DNA of 64,000 nucleotides from Sumerlaeia bacterium (GTDB taxonomy: Bacteria; Sumerlaeota; Sumerlaeia; SLMS01; JAHLLQ01): positions 32,001 through 96,000 of the forward strand of contig JAVJSW010000037.1 of the NCBI GenBank assembly GCA_040219255.1, written 5' to 3'. The notes beneath the pieces are model-generated. The model did not search any database and was not told the DNA's origin. It worked only from the letters and a program-made list of their open reading frames with translations. The position numbers were made by a program, and so were the translations under genes. Shown here one piece after another: positions 10,094 through 19,131 of the stretch (position 1 is its first letter; each line of letters starts with the position of its first letter).

Positions 10094-10603
10094 ATGTTTC
10101 CGAATTCAGAAAACTTAATTTTCAAGGGTCTCTTGTTGTTAGCAGTTATTCTCTTTTTTTGCTTCATGTCCAGGGGTGGCTTTTTGCATAATAATAGTAA
10201 AAATAAGAATTTGGTTGATCAAGAATTTGAAATTCTACTTGAAGGTATGGTTGGGGAGGAGGTTGCTATTGTTGAACGGCGGACTGGTAGCAGAAGCGGT
10301 AATATCGAGTTGTGCGCCAAGATCAAGATCGACAAGACCTCCTTCGAAAAATTTATTTCACAATCTTTTTATGATGAAAAGGATGTTGTGCTTGTAGAAT
10401 CGGGGAGTTTGGATGAGGCTCAGCAGAATGGCTTGTTTGGAAAGAGACTTGTGTACGATACCATCCCAAGAATGGAATGGTATAATCCGAAAATAGAAGA
10501 TGGAGGGTATGTTGTCTTTGATTGGCAACATGACTATGGCGTCACCTTAGTCTTCAGTGCGGGCGATCATACATTATATGTAAATATTTGGGAGATGGAT
10601 TGA
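10094..10603 (+). CDS. Putative cognate immunity protein with N-terminal membrane anchor
   Basis: Starts 9 nt after the Rhs stop, shares its AT-rich composition, and has a single N-terminal hydrophobic helix (LLLLAVILFFCF). Confidence 0.65.
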   Translation: MFPNSENLIFKGLLLLAVILFFCFMSRGGFLHNNSKNKNLVDQEFEILLEGMVGEEVAIVERRTGSRSGNIELCAKIKIDKTSFEKFISQSFYDEKDVVLVESGSLDEAQQNGLFGKRLVYDTIPRMEWYNPKIEDGGYVVFDWQHDYGVTLVFSAGDHTLYVNIWEMD

Positions 10604-10633
10604 GAACGGAAAATTACACTCGTTCTACAATTC

Positions 10634-10789
10634 ACACCCCCTCCAGATGCCACCGCATGCGCTGGCTTTCCTGGCCGTCCACGACGATGGTCATCGCCAG
10701 GAGCCACAAATAGCTGAGAGCCATAAGGCCGACGAGGACGGCTCGGCAGAAGATCGGCTGGTGCACGGAGCCAGAGCACGAGGCTGCCG
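10634..10789 (-). pseudogene. Relic copy 1 of a membrane-protein 3' end (frameshifted)
   Basis: Reads GSLVLWLRAPAD in one frame and RAVLVGLMALSYLWLLAMTIVVDGQESQRMRWHLEGV in another; paralogous to 10999-11150. Confidence 0.7.
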
Positions 10790-10924
10790 ACGATGGCGAG
10801 GGGCAGCAGCACCGCGGGAAACAAACTCGGCCCGGGGACCGGGAAACGGCCACAGTTACCGCAGCCATGGGAGCGTGTTAGAGAGAATGGAGCCTCTTTG
10901 GCGTTTTGGTGGTGAAGATCGGAC

Positions 10925-11150
10925 TCAAGAAAGGTCGCTCTTCTTCGGCTTCCACCGCTGCCACACCGCCCTCCCACCACACCCCGCCATCACCAAAAAC
11001 ACCCCTTCCAGATGCCACCGCATGCGCTGGCTTTCCTGACCGTCCACGAGGATGGTCATTGCCAGGAGCCAGAGATAACTGAGGGCCATGAGGCCGAGGA
11101 CGGCTCGCCGGGGATCGGCCGGCGCGCGGAGCCACAGAACGAGACTGCCG
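10925..11150 (-). pseudogene. Relic copy 2 of a membrane-protein 3' end
   Basis: GSLVLWLRAPADPRRAVLGLMALSYLWLLAMTILVDGQESQRMRWHLEGVFLVMAG...; no credible N-terminus because the upstream DNA is a periodic repeat. Confidence 0.65.
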
Positions 11151-11198
11151 CCACCCCGCGCCCCCGAATGCCTCACTTTCCAAGACTTACCCGCCCCG

Positions 11199-11252
11199 TT
11201 GTCGTTCTTGTCTGTTTGGTCTGATAAGTGTATTTTGTCTTTCTTGTTCCCG
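11199..11252. repeat. Degenerate 9-nt-period tandem repeat
   Basis: ttgtcgttc ttgtctgtt tggtctgat aagtgtatt ttgtctttc ttgttcccg. Confidence 0.55.
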
Positions 11253-11409
11253 AAGCTCCCCATGAGGGGACAAACGGCGGGGGCTGTGGGAGGCTCATTC
11301 CTGTGACCGATCCCGAATCCCAGGAGTCCCCCTCGTCATGACCGTTTCGACCCCCGCCCCCACCCTGCCGTCCGGCGGCGCCGCGTGGCCCCGCCGTCGC
11401 GGACAGGGG

Positions 11410-12384
11410 CTAGAAGTCCTGCAAGTCCTGCAAATCCTGCAAGTCGTCGGGCGACGGAGGCTCCGCCGCCACTTGGCTGCGCAGCGTCTGGTAGAAGGAG
11501 AAGAGGCTGCTGTCGGCGTCTTCGCCGGCCAGTTCGATGGCTTCCCCGGCCACGATGAAGGGCGGGAATTTGGCCACGGCCTGGCCCTGGAACACCGGCA
11601 GCTCGACGTGGACGCCCAGGTCTTCCATGTGCTCCCACTTCGCGCCCAGGTTCTCCACCACCGTCTGGCCCAGGTAGGCGCCGACCAGCAGTTCCATTTC
11701 CTCTCCGGACTTGTCGCAGAGGTTTTCCCAATCCGATTCCAGCATCCGGTCCAGTTCGGCCAGGCTGCGAGGCGAGTAATCGAGTCCGGGCAGACCGAGT
11801 TCGCCGGCCACCCGGACGCATTCCTGGGCCATGGCCGGCATCGCCGCCATGAACGATTCCGGATCGGCCGCGGGCGCTTCCTCGTTGCCGTCGTAAATGA
11901 GGGAGCCATCGGTCGGGTCGAACTTGCGGATGCCGGGGCCCTGGATCGAATCCAGCCCTTCCTTCTGGGCCTGTTCGAACTTATCGTAGAAGAACGAAAG
12001 GGAGTCTTCCATGCCATTCACGAAACGCTTATGGACGCGATTCATGGGCAGGCTTTTCATCTCCTCGCCCTCCTGGCCCTTGAGGACGATGACGAAGCCG
12101 TAGTCCTGCTCGTAAACCCACTGGCCGCCGAGGTTGCGCACCATGGTTTCGCCGAGGTAGGCCCCCATGCCGAGGATCATCTGCTCGAGCATGGCGGGCG
12201 GTTTCTCGGGCCACATCTCGCTGATGATGCGGTCCAACTCGACCAGGCTTTCGCGGCTGTAATCCAGCTCGACGCCATTGAGCTTGCGCGTCACCGAGAC
12301 GATGCTGTCGGCGGCGGCGGGAAAGGCGGCGATCTGCTCGCGGATTTGCTCGTCGGTCAGGGGTTGGGGGTCGTCCATCTTCAA
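11410..12384 (-). CDS. Protein with two tandem DUF3806-like domains
   Basis: Twice LDYS..SL.ELDR....GAYLG[EQ]T.V.NLG..W. The C-terminal DLQDLQDLQDF comes from a 9-nt repeat at 11414-11445. Confidence 0.7.
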   Translation of the reverse strand: MKMDDPQPLTDEQIREQIAAFPAAADSIVSVTRKLNGVELDYSRESLVELDRIISEMWPEKPPAMLEQMILGMGAYLGETMVRNLGGQWVYEQDYGFVIVLKGQEGEEMKSLPMNRVHKRFVNGMEDSLSFFYDKFEQAQKEGLDSIQGPGIRKFDPTDGSLIYDGNEEAPAADPESFMAAMPAMAQECVRVAGELGLPGLDYSPRSLAELDRMLESDWENLCDKSGEEMELLVGAYLGQTVVENLGAKWEHMEDLGVHVELPVFQGQAVAKFPPFIVAGEAIELAGEDADSSLFSFYQTLRSQVAAEPPSPDDLQDLQDLQDF

Positions 12385-12414
12385 TCCTTCATCGATAGGG
12401 GCGGAGCGCCGGGG

Positions 12415-13278
12415 TTATTCTGTGTTCGAATCCTCAGCGGACTTCTTGCCAAAGAGCCCGCCGATGCTGTCCTTCACGTCTTTGGCGGCGTCTTTCACGC
12501 CTCCGATGGACTCCTTGGCCTGATCGAGCGTCGATTGAGCGCTGGATTTCATATCCGTCAGGCTGCCCTGCATGGCGCTCAGCGCGTCCGTGGGCAGAAG
12601 GCCCTGGCTTTCCATGCCGATCTGACCGGCCACCGTTTCGATCAACACTTCGGCCATTTCTTCGGCGGTCAGGATCCCGTCCTCGCCGCCCAGGTCGGTG
12701 ATTTCAATGTCCTCGATCGGCACGTCGTAGGTTTTGCCGCCAAGGAACGGGATGGCGACGCGGGTGGTGCTGCCTTCCACGACGATTTTCTGCACGCGGA
12801 ACCTGGCGGGTTCTTCGTTCGGGTCCACGGGCTTATTCGGGTCGGAAAGGCGCTGGGCGTTTTCCATCAGCTTCTGCAGGTTCGAACCGCCCTTCTTCTG
12901 TTCGAGGATGATGTCGGCGCCGCTGATTCGGATCAGGCGGATCGTCGGCACTTCGGTGCGCAGCGATTGCACATCGACCTCGGCGCGGATGGTGGCAAAG
13001 GCCATGGCGTGATCGCTTTCGAAGCCCTGCGGGTTCGGGATCACGATGTCGTTGAGCTGAACGGCTTCGTTTTGCAGTTCCAAGCTGGCGCCGCCGACCG
13101 TGGCGGGCACATCGAGGACGTAGGCGGTGCCTTTCTCGGCGCCCTTGCGCAACAGTTCGTCCTTCTGTGTGAAGAAGTAAATGCCGGCGGCCAGCGCCAT
13201 GACGGCGAGGAGAAGGAGCGCGGCGGCTCCGACGATGAGTTTGCCGGCGATGCCGGCCCGCGGGTGTTTGCGAATCAT
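12415..13278 (-). CDS. AsmA/DUF748-like membrane-anchored periplasmic protein
   Basis: N-terminal TM helix, IVIPNPQGF, I.LE....GSNL.KL, DIEITDLGG. ATG at 13278 preferred because the longer ORF overlaps the TerB gene. Confidence 0.7.
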   Translation of the reverse strand: MIRKHPRAGIAGKLIVGAAALLLLAVMALAAGIYFFTQKDELLRKGAEKGTAYVLDVPATVGGASLELQNEAVQLNDIVIPNPQGFESDHAMAFATIRAEVDVQSLRTEVPTIRLIRISGADIILEQKKGGSNLQKLMENAQRLSDPNKPVDPNEEPARFRVQKIVVEGSTTRVAIPFLGGKTYDVPIEDIEITDLGGEDGILTAEEMAEVLIETVAGQIGMESQGLLPTDALSAMQGSLTDMKSSAQSTLDQAKESIGGVKDAAKDVKDSIGGLFGKKSAEDSNTE

Positions 13279-13426
13279 GAGTGGAAAAACTCCGTGAAGT
13301 ACGATCGAGGCGGACCCGCCGCGCGGGGTCTTGACTTGCCCCTCGCCCTTGCCGTCCGGAACGTCAAGGGGAGCATGGCTCATGCCCGCCGCCGCGCCAC
13401 GTCCGAACCATCCGAGGAGAACCCCG

Positions 13427-13825
13427 ATGGCTGTTCCGCCTTTCGAAGAACGCTCAAGAGAAGAGAAAAACGCCGCAATCATGAATGTCGTCGCCACCAT
13501 GGTGGCCGACGGAATCGCCACGACGGAGGAGAAGGTCGTCCTGGACGCCGTCCGGCGCCGCGTCGGCATGTCCGAAGAAGAGCTGAACGAACTGCTCCGC
13601 GACCCGTCGCAAGTGCGCTTCCTCGTGCCCGCTTCGGAAAAGGAAAAGATTCAGCAACTGACCGACATCGTCTTCATGATCGTGGCGGATCAACGCGTCA
13701 AAGACGTCGAGGTCATGCTCGCCACCTCGGTCGCGATCAAGTTCGGCATCAGCCCATCCATCGTGCTCGACATGATCCGCCGCCTGCAACGCGCCCAATC
13801 GCTGTATACCGGCGAGGAAGAGTAG
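13427..13825 (+). CDS. TerB family (tellurite resistance-like) protein
   Basis: GAGGAG RBS; two helical-hairpin motifs VADGIATTEEK and IVADQRVKDVEV. Confidence 0.78.
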   Translation: MAVPPFEERSREEKNAAIMNVVATMVADGIATTEEKVVLDAVRRRVGMSEEELNELLRDPSQVRFLVPASEKEKIQQLTDIVFMIVADQRVKDVEVMLATSVAIKFGISPSIVLDMIRRLQRAQSLYTGEEE

Positions 13826-13827
13826 GC

Positions 13828-16545
13828 TCAGTAAACCGTCCACCCCGCGTTCTGCGCCGTTGGTTCCTGGGTCAGGAAATCGACTTCGAGCCGCGCTTCG
13901 TCGCCGCTCACGAAGCCGCCGGAGGAAATCCCCACAATGCCGTCCTGGACCGCGATGTCGAGGAAGGCGATGACGACTTCGCCGTCGGCGTGGAGCACGA
14001 TCTGGAAGGTGTTGGCGTTGGATTGGCCGGCTTCGGCCACGGCCTGCCAGGTGATGGCGGCGCGCTGGCTGTCGACGGCGAGGTGGACGCGGCTCGGCGA
14101 GCCCGGCTCCAGGTCGTCGAAGAGGGCGGAAACGCGCCGCAAACGGAAGTGATCCTCCGGCGATTCGGTGCTGTCCTGGTCGCCATCGTCGAAGGTCAAG
14201 TAGCCGTTCGTGGCGACGAAAATTTCGCGGTTGATGTCCGCCCCGAAGGGAAACAGGAAACTGCCGTCGGCGCTGAGGAAGCGGCGGAAATCCCAGGAGT
14301 CGCCGCCGGAAAACTCGAAGGTCTCGGAGCCAACCGGTTCGGGCAAAGCGGTGATCGGTTCGATGGTGTAGGTGAACCCGCGTTCGGCCTCTTCGTCCGG
14401 GGTGAAGGTGATCTGGTGGAATGCGAGATCGAAGGGATCGTCCGGGGTGAATCGCTCGAAATAGCCAGTCGAGCCGGGCAGCGGGGCGTTGGCGGAACCG
14501 AAGGTGCGGGCCTGGGGCTGCCAGTCGGCGGGGCCATCGGTGTCGGCGGCGCCGGCCACCCGGCCCACGGAGTAGGACGGCAGCATCGCGACCGAGGCAC
14601 CGCTCCAGGCCGATGCGTCGGCCGGCGTCACATTCGAACCGCCCCAACGCATGAAATCCACGGTGGCGCCCTCGTCGTCTTGCAGCAGCGCGGCGCCGGG
14701 AAAGGCCGGGAACCAGTCGATGAAAAAGCCCGTCTCGAGTTGGCCCGGGCCGGTGGCGAAATCGCGCTCGGTGATCGTCAGAAACCCATCGGCCGGAATC
14801 GTCGTGCCGGCGGGCAGGGTATAGGAGGGCTCTTCATTGTCGTTCAAGTCCCACATTCTCAGCACCCAATTGCCCACATCGACGGGCTGGCCGGTGCGGT
14901 TGGCCAGTTCGACCTGCGAGGGGTTGTTGGCGCTGACTTCGTTGATGACGATGGCGGGACCGGAGGTGGTGGTGGCTTCGAAGCAATCGCCCCCATCCGT
15001 GCCGGTGGCGAGGTTCCCCGCGAGGTCCGTGGCGCGGACAAAGAAGTGATAGGTGGTGGCTGGCTCGAGCCCCGAGACGGTCAGGGAATGGGCGGTGCCC
15101 GAGTCCGGGCTGCCCACGTTGCCCTGGAAGAGCGGACAAACGGTTCCGAATTGCAGGTTTGGCGTGGCGGTCTCGCTGGTGTCGAAGGTCACGGTGAAGA
15201 AGTTCTTTCCGGCTTCCGCGACCTGTACGTTCGAGATGGCGGGCGGAGCGCAATCGATGCCCGCGGTGGCGGTGGTTTCGACGGGCTCGGCGCCGCCCTC
15301 GTTCGAATAGGAGATGGTCAGGATGTCGCTGTCGGCGACTTGGAGCTGCGGGCCTTGCGGCGCCGCGCCGGTCAGCTCCAGCGTGCCCATGAAGCGGCCG
15401 GGGCTCGTCTCGGCCAGGGGCAGCTGGACACTGTTGGCGGGCGAGGTCTGAGCGATCACGGCGGCGCTGCCGGCGCCGGAGAGAGCGCTGTCGATCAGGG
15501 TGATCTGGACCGAACCCTCGCAATTGTAGACCTGCGCGTCCAGGCTCAGGAAGGCCCCCGCGGCGCCGGCGAATCGGAAATCCGCCACCAGCGGCAGGTG
15601 ATCCGCCGTTCGGTCCGGCGTGGTGTCGTCGAAGTTCAACCCCAAGGCCTGCAAGACGGAGTTGGGCATGGTGAGGGTATTGAAGACGAAGCTGGTGGGG
15701 ATCTCGACCGCGCTGTCGGTGTAGAAGAAGCGGTCGAGCCGGCTGGTGGGGTTGGAAGAGCTGCTGCGCCAGGTGTCCGTGTCGCCGGTGAAGGGATCGG
15801 CGGGCATCAGGTCCGTCAGGTCGCTGCCGTCCCAATCGCCCTTGATGTCGGGGCCAAAGGTCGTTTCGTCCTGAATGTCGCCGGTGACGAGCGTCGTGGC
15901 GGGGGAGAAGCTGCTGGGTCCGCCGACCAGATTGAAATCGCCCAGGGTCACCATCGGCGTGTTGGCCGGCAGATCGAGGAACCCGCCGGACGTGCGGGCG
16001 TCGCCGAACCAGGAGGCGATGGCGTCGGCGGCGCGCTGGCGGCGGGCCTGCTCGGTGCCGTCGGAATTGCAGCACTTCAGGTGGACGCCGCCGAGGTAGA
16101 GGTCCTGGGCGTAAATGCTGTCCGGCAGGTCCACGAGGGCGAGCGTGACGCCTCGGGTGTCGGACTCGGGGATGGTATCGGTGCGCCGCATGGTCAGGGG
16201 CCAGCGCGCCATGACGACGTTGTAGATGCCGCCGAATTCGCCGAAATGAACGGACCAGCTCGAGCCGTCGCCGTTGGGCAGGAGGCTGTTCAGCCGGGTC
16301 TGGAATTCCACGTCCTGGATGCCATCGACCACTTCCTGCATGACAATGATGTCGGGCTGGATGGACTGGAGGACGCGGGCGAAGGCATCGTCGGTGGCGG
16401 GTTCGGCGATGAAATTGCGCTCGGTGTTGTAGGACAGGACGCGCACGTCCGCCGGATCGGCCTTTCCATAGTCGCCGCTGGCGGGATCGAAGGCGGCGGC
16501 GGCCGTGGCAAGCGACAGTGTGAGGGCGAGAAGGGGGAAGCGCAT
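13828..16545 (-). CDS. Secreted endonuclease/exonuclease/phosphatase (EEP) protein with FN3, lamin-tail and nidogen-like domains
   Basis: Signal peptide; VLSYN, PDIIVMQE, HLKCC, GDFN, RLDRFFY, ADHLP; FN3 (HSLTVSGLEPATTYHF); LTD (IVINEV..VELAN); ends GWTVY. Confidence 0.88.
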   Translation of the reverse strand: MRFPLLALTLSLATAAAAFDPASGDYGKADPADVRVLSYNTERNFIAEPATDDAFARVLQSIQPDIIVMQEVVDGIQDVEFQTRLNSLLPNGDGSSWSVHFGEFGGIYNVVMARWPLTMRRTDTIPESDTRGVTLALVDLPDSIYAQDLYLGGVHLKCCNSDGTEQARRQRAADAIASWFGDARTSGGFLDLPANTPMVTLGDFNLVGGPSSFSPATTLVTGDIQDETTFGPDIKGDWDGSDLTDLMPADPFTGDTDTWRSSSSNPTSRLDRFFYTDSAVEIPTSFVFNTLTMPNSVLQALGLNFDDTTPDRTADHLPLVADFRFAGAAGAFLSLDAQVYNCEGSVQITLIDSALSGAGSAAVIAQTSPANSVQLPLAETSPGRFMGTLELTGAAPQGPQLQVADSDILTISYSNEGGAEPVETTATAGIDCAPPAISNVQVAEAGKNFFTVTFDTSETATPNLQFGTVCPLFQGNVGSPDSGTAHSLTVSGLEPATTYHFFVRATDLAGNLATGTDGGDCFEATTTSGPAIVINEVSANNPSQVELANRTGQPVDVGNWVLRMWDLNDNEEPSYTLPAGTTIPADGFLTITERDFATGPGQLETGFFIDWFPAFPGAALLQDDEGATVDFMRWGGSNVTPADASAWSGASVAMLPSYSVGRVAGAADTDGPADWQPQARTFGSANAPLPGSTGYFERFTPDDPFDLAFHQITFTPDEEAERGFTYTIEPITALPEPVGSETFEFSGGDSWDFRRFLSADGSFLFPFGADINREIFVATNGYLTFDDGDQDSTESPEDHFRLRRVSALFDDLEPGSPSRVHLAVDSQRAAITWQAVAEAGQSNANTFQIVLHADGEVVIAFLDIAVQDGIVGISSGGFVSGDEARLEVDFLTQEPTAQNAGWTVY

Positions 16546-16805
16546 GGGAGGCGGGATCCGGTCGGGAGGTGTCTCCGCTGGGCGAAGCGTTCAGTATGGC
16601 GATGAAGTAATGGTGAGCAAGCGGCTTTTCTTCTGGAGCGGGCGGAAAGCACCGGGAGAAAGCGCCGGGCCCGGACGCGTCTCCTTGACTCACCGAACTG
16701 GCAGGCGCCAGATGGAACACAAAATCAGAGGGATTTTTGAACCGGGCCGATCGGGCGCCGCAACCTCAAGGCGTCATCGGCACCAACACCTGGAAAGAAC
16801 AGACC

Positions 16806-17243
16806 GTGAGAACCTTTCCCGATCACATCGCGGAAGTTCGAGAAGAAGAACGGGGCTTCGCCGCCTCGGTGCACCTCTTGAACCTGATTCCTTTCTGGGG
16901 GATTTTCTTCGCCGTCGGCGTCTGGCTCTACTTCAAGGAGCGAAGCCGGCCGGTGGTTTTCCACGCACAGCAGGCCATCCTCTTCCAGTCCGTTTTCCTG
17001 GCGGCCTCCTTCGTGTGGCTGCTGGGTGAAATGCTGCTGAAGATCGTGATGGTGTTGAACCCCGACCTGGCGCTTTTCCTTTCCAAGTCCAACTTCATCC
17101 TCTTGATCGTGTGCTACGGATTCTACGCGCTGTTGTGCGTGATCGGGACCTTTGGAACCTTGATGGGACGGTCATTCTTGTACCCGCTTATCGGGCGCCG
17201 CGTTCTGGAAGGCGCTCTGAGCAAACCGGTCGCTCGCGACTGA
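16806..17243 (+). CDS. DUF4870 membrane protein
   Basis: ERGFAASVHLL...WLYFKERS..V.FHAQQAILFQ...F.YPLIG pattern; start codon uncertain. Confidence 0.8.
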   Translation: MRTFPDHIAEVREEERGFAASVHLLNLIPFWGIFFAVGVWLYFKERSRPVVFHAQQAILFQSVFLAASFVWLLGEMLLKIVMVLNPDLALFLSKSNFILLIVCYGFYALLCVIGTFGTLMGRSFLYPLIGRRVLEGALSKPVARD

Positions 17244-17279
17244 ACCCATTCCCAAACCCAGCCGGAGGCTTGGTCGAAC

Positions 17280-18332
17280 ATGGCAACTTCCCCCACCGAA
17301 TACGCCAAAAAAGGCATCAATGCGCTGATCGAGCGCATGCAGGAATACCTCGACCTGCGCTACGCGCAATTCAGCCGGGTCAACCCGCGGATCGAGGGCG
17401 TGTGGCCCGACCTCGCGTGGCAGTCCCTGCAGCAACTCCGCCAGACCTACGAAAACACCAAAGCCTGGGGGCCCAATCGGTTCTGCGTGGGCGCCATCCT
17501 CGTCTCCGACGATCTGGTGAAAATCCGCGACCTCTTCAGCGTGAACCACCAGAGTTCCATCATGGCGGAAGTCATCGAGCGCGACGACCCCAACGCCAAG
17601 GGCAAGGACGCCAGCGAAGTCAACGACATGCGCAGCCTCTACACGTCGCTCGAACCGTCCGTCTCCGGTGTCGTCTCCCTGATCCAGTTCTGCATGTGGT
17701 GGGATATGGAGGACGCGGTGGACCTGACGCGGTTCGATTTCAAGATGGAGTCGCTGGGCCGCCTGCGCCGGGGGCAACTGCCAGAGGGGGCCGCCGCCGA
17801 GTACCACCGCCGCATGCACCGCAGGGAAGAGGAACCCCATCCCACGGTCGAGGAAATCGTGAAACACGAGGTCGATCAAGTCCGCCGCATCGTGGAGCGA
17901 TTCACCGAACGGCGTGCCAACGAACCGGGCTTCAAAATGATTATCGCGCGCCGCAAGTCCTCCGCCGCCGATCAACTCGACCGGTTGATCGGCATCATCG
18001 CCCGCGAGCAAGTGCTGCTGACGAATCTGGAAGCGGGCAAGGAGGTGGACGAAGGGCTCAAAGCCCAGTTCGCCAAGGCGCTTCAGGTGTCGGTGGACGC
18101 TCTGGATGCGAAAATGGAGCGGGACTACCTGCAGCGCATGGTGACCGATCACAAGCGGCAGTTGCGCTCGACCATGACCGATCAGGCGGGTGGCATCCCC
18201 TACAACTTCAAAGAGGCGCAGGCGGAGGTGATCCGCGACAAGTACAAGGTTCTGATGAAGCAATTGACGGGCGAGGACAGCCGCGAAAGTCAGGAAAAGT
18301 TGTCGCTCCAAAGTCCGAATTCAGACGTCTAA
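17280..18332 (+). CDS. Hypothetical protein (350 aa, predicted helical and cytoplasmic)
   Basis: GGAGG upstream, typical codon bias and normal composition; no recognisable motif. Confidence 0.75.
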   Translation: MATSPTEYAKKGINALIERMQEYLDLRYAQFSRVNPRIEGVWPDLAWQSLQQLRQTYENTKAWGPNRFCVGAILVSDDLVKIRDLFSVNHQSSIMAEVIERDDPNAKGKDASEVNDMRSLYTSLEPSVSGVVSLIQFCMWWDMEDAVDLTRFDFKMESLGRLRRGQLPEGAAAEYHRRMHRREEEPHPTVEEIVKHEVDQVRRIVERFTERRANEPGFKMIIARRKSSAADQLDRLIGIIAREQVLLTNLEAGKEVDEGLKAQFAKALQVSVDALDAKMERDYLQRMVTDHKRQLRSTMTDQAGGIPYNFKEAQAEVIRDKYKVLMKQLTGEDSRESQEKLSLQSPNSDV

Positions 18333-18464
18333 GTTTCGGTTCTTCCAAAAATCCCGGTGATTCCCCTTGCTTGTCCGGCGTCTTTCTTCTATTATCCAAA
18401 CATGACAGAAGACCGCCCCGGAGTAAGCGACTCGCGCAAGAAATCACCGAGAGGAGGAAGACCG

Positions 18465-18794
18465 ATGGAAAAATTGATCCTTCTGAATTGGCCCGGAGAC
18501 GAACAACTCTCCGACCTCCTCCTCCAGATCCGCGCCTTCAAGGACGAAGGCGTGCAGACCTTGCTGCTCGACGTGTCGCACCTCAAGGCCCTGGGGCCGA
18601 TGGCCGTGGGGCAACTGGCGCGGCTTTACCTGCGGTGCCAGAAGTTCGGGATTTCCTGCAAGGTCAAAGGCTTGACGCCGGAAATGCGCCGCGTCCTGCA
18701 CATGGCCGGCCTCTCCGGACTTGTCGAAAAGGCCCTCTCCACCGGGCCGCTGCTCGAGGATTTTCTCCGTAAGCCCGTGCCGCAAAACGGCTGA
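18465..18794 (+). CDS. STAS domain protein (anti-sigma antagonist-like, degenerate)
   Basis: GAGGAGG RBS; LLLDVSHL....AVGQL..L...G...V.GL.PEMRRVLHMAGL fits the STAS pattern. Confidence 0.75.
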   Translation: MEKLILLNWPGDEQLSDLLLQIRAFKDEGVQTLLLDVSHLKALGPMAVGQLARLYLRCQKFGISCKVKGLTPEMRRVLHMAGLSGLVEKALSTGPLLEDFLRKPVPQNG

Positions 18795-19131
18795 GCCGCT
18801 CGCGGTTCTTCACCCTAGTGGGAAAAAAGGGCCAGAGGTTTCACGGTCAGAAAATAAAGGCGATCAGTGGGTTTCTGTTCAGGCTCAAGAAATTCAACAA
18901 GCCATGATTCGCCTCACGTGGTCCTTGTCCGTCCATTTTCTCCATCAAGCAAAGAAGATGGGGGTGATTGCAGGTCAGTCAGGGTATTTTCGGACTTATT
19001 GGCGAGAAAGAACTGGGCTCTCCCCGGCCGCCCGGACAGGCAACCCGATGCCGCCGCCTCGCCCGCGCCAAACGTCTCCGTGCTGAAAATTCTCGGGGGA
19101 TCAAGCCGAACAGTTCGCTTCCCGAGTCCGA

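Noticed and set aside
11338-16605. 1755-aa plus-strand ORF
   Set aside because: It is a shadow of three well-supported minus-strand genes and overlaps TerB out of frame; no motifs, and typical of stop-poor reverse frames in high-GC DNA.
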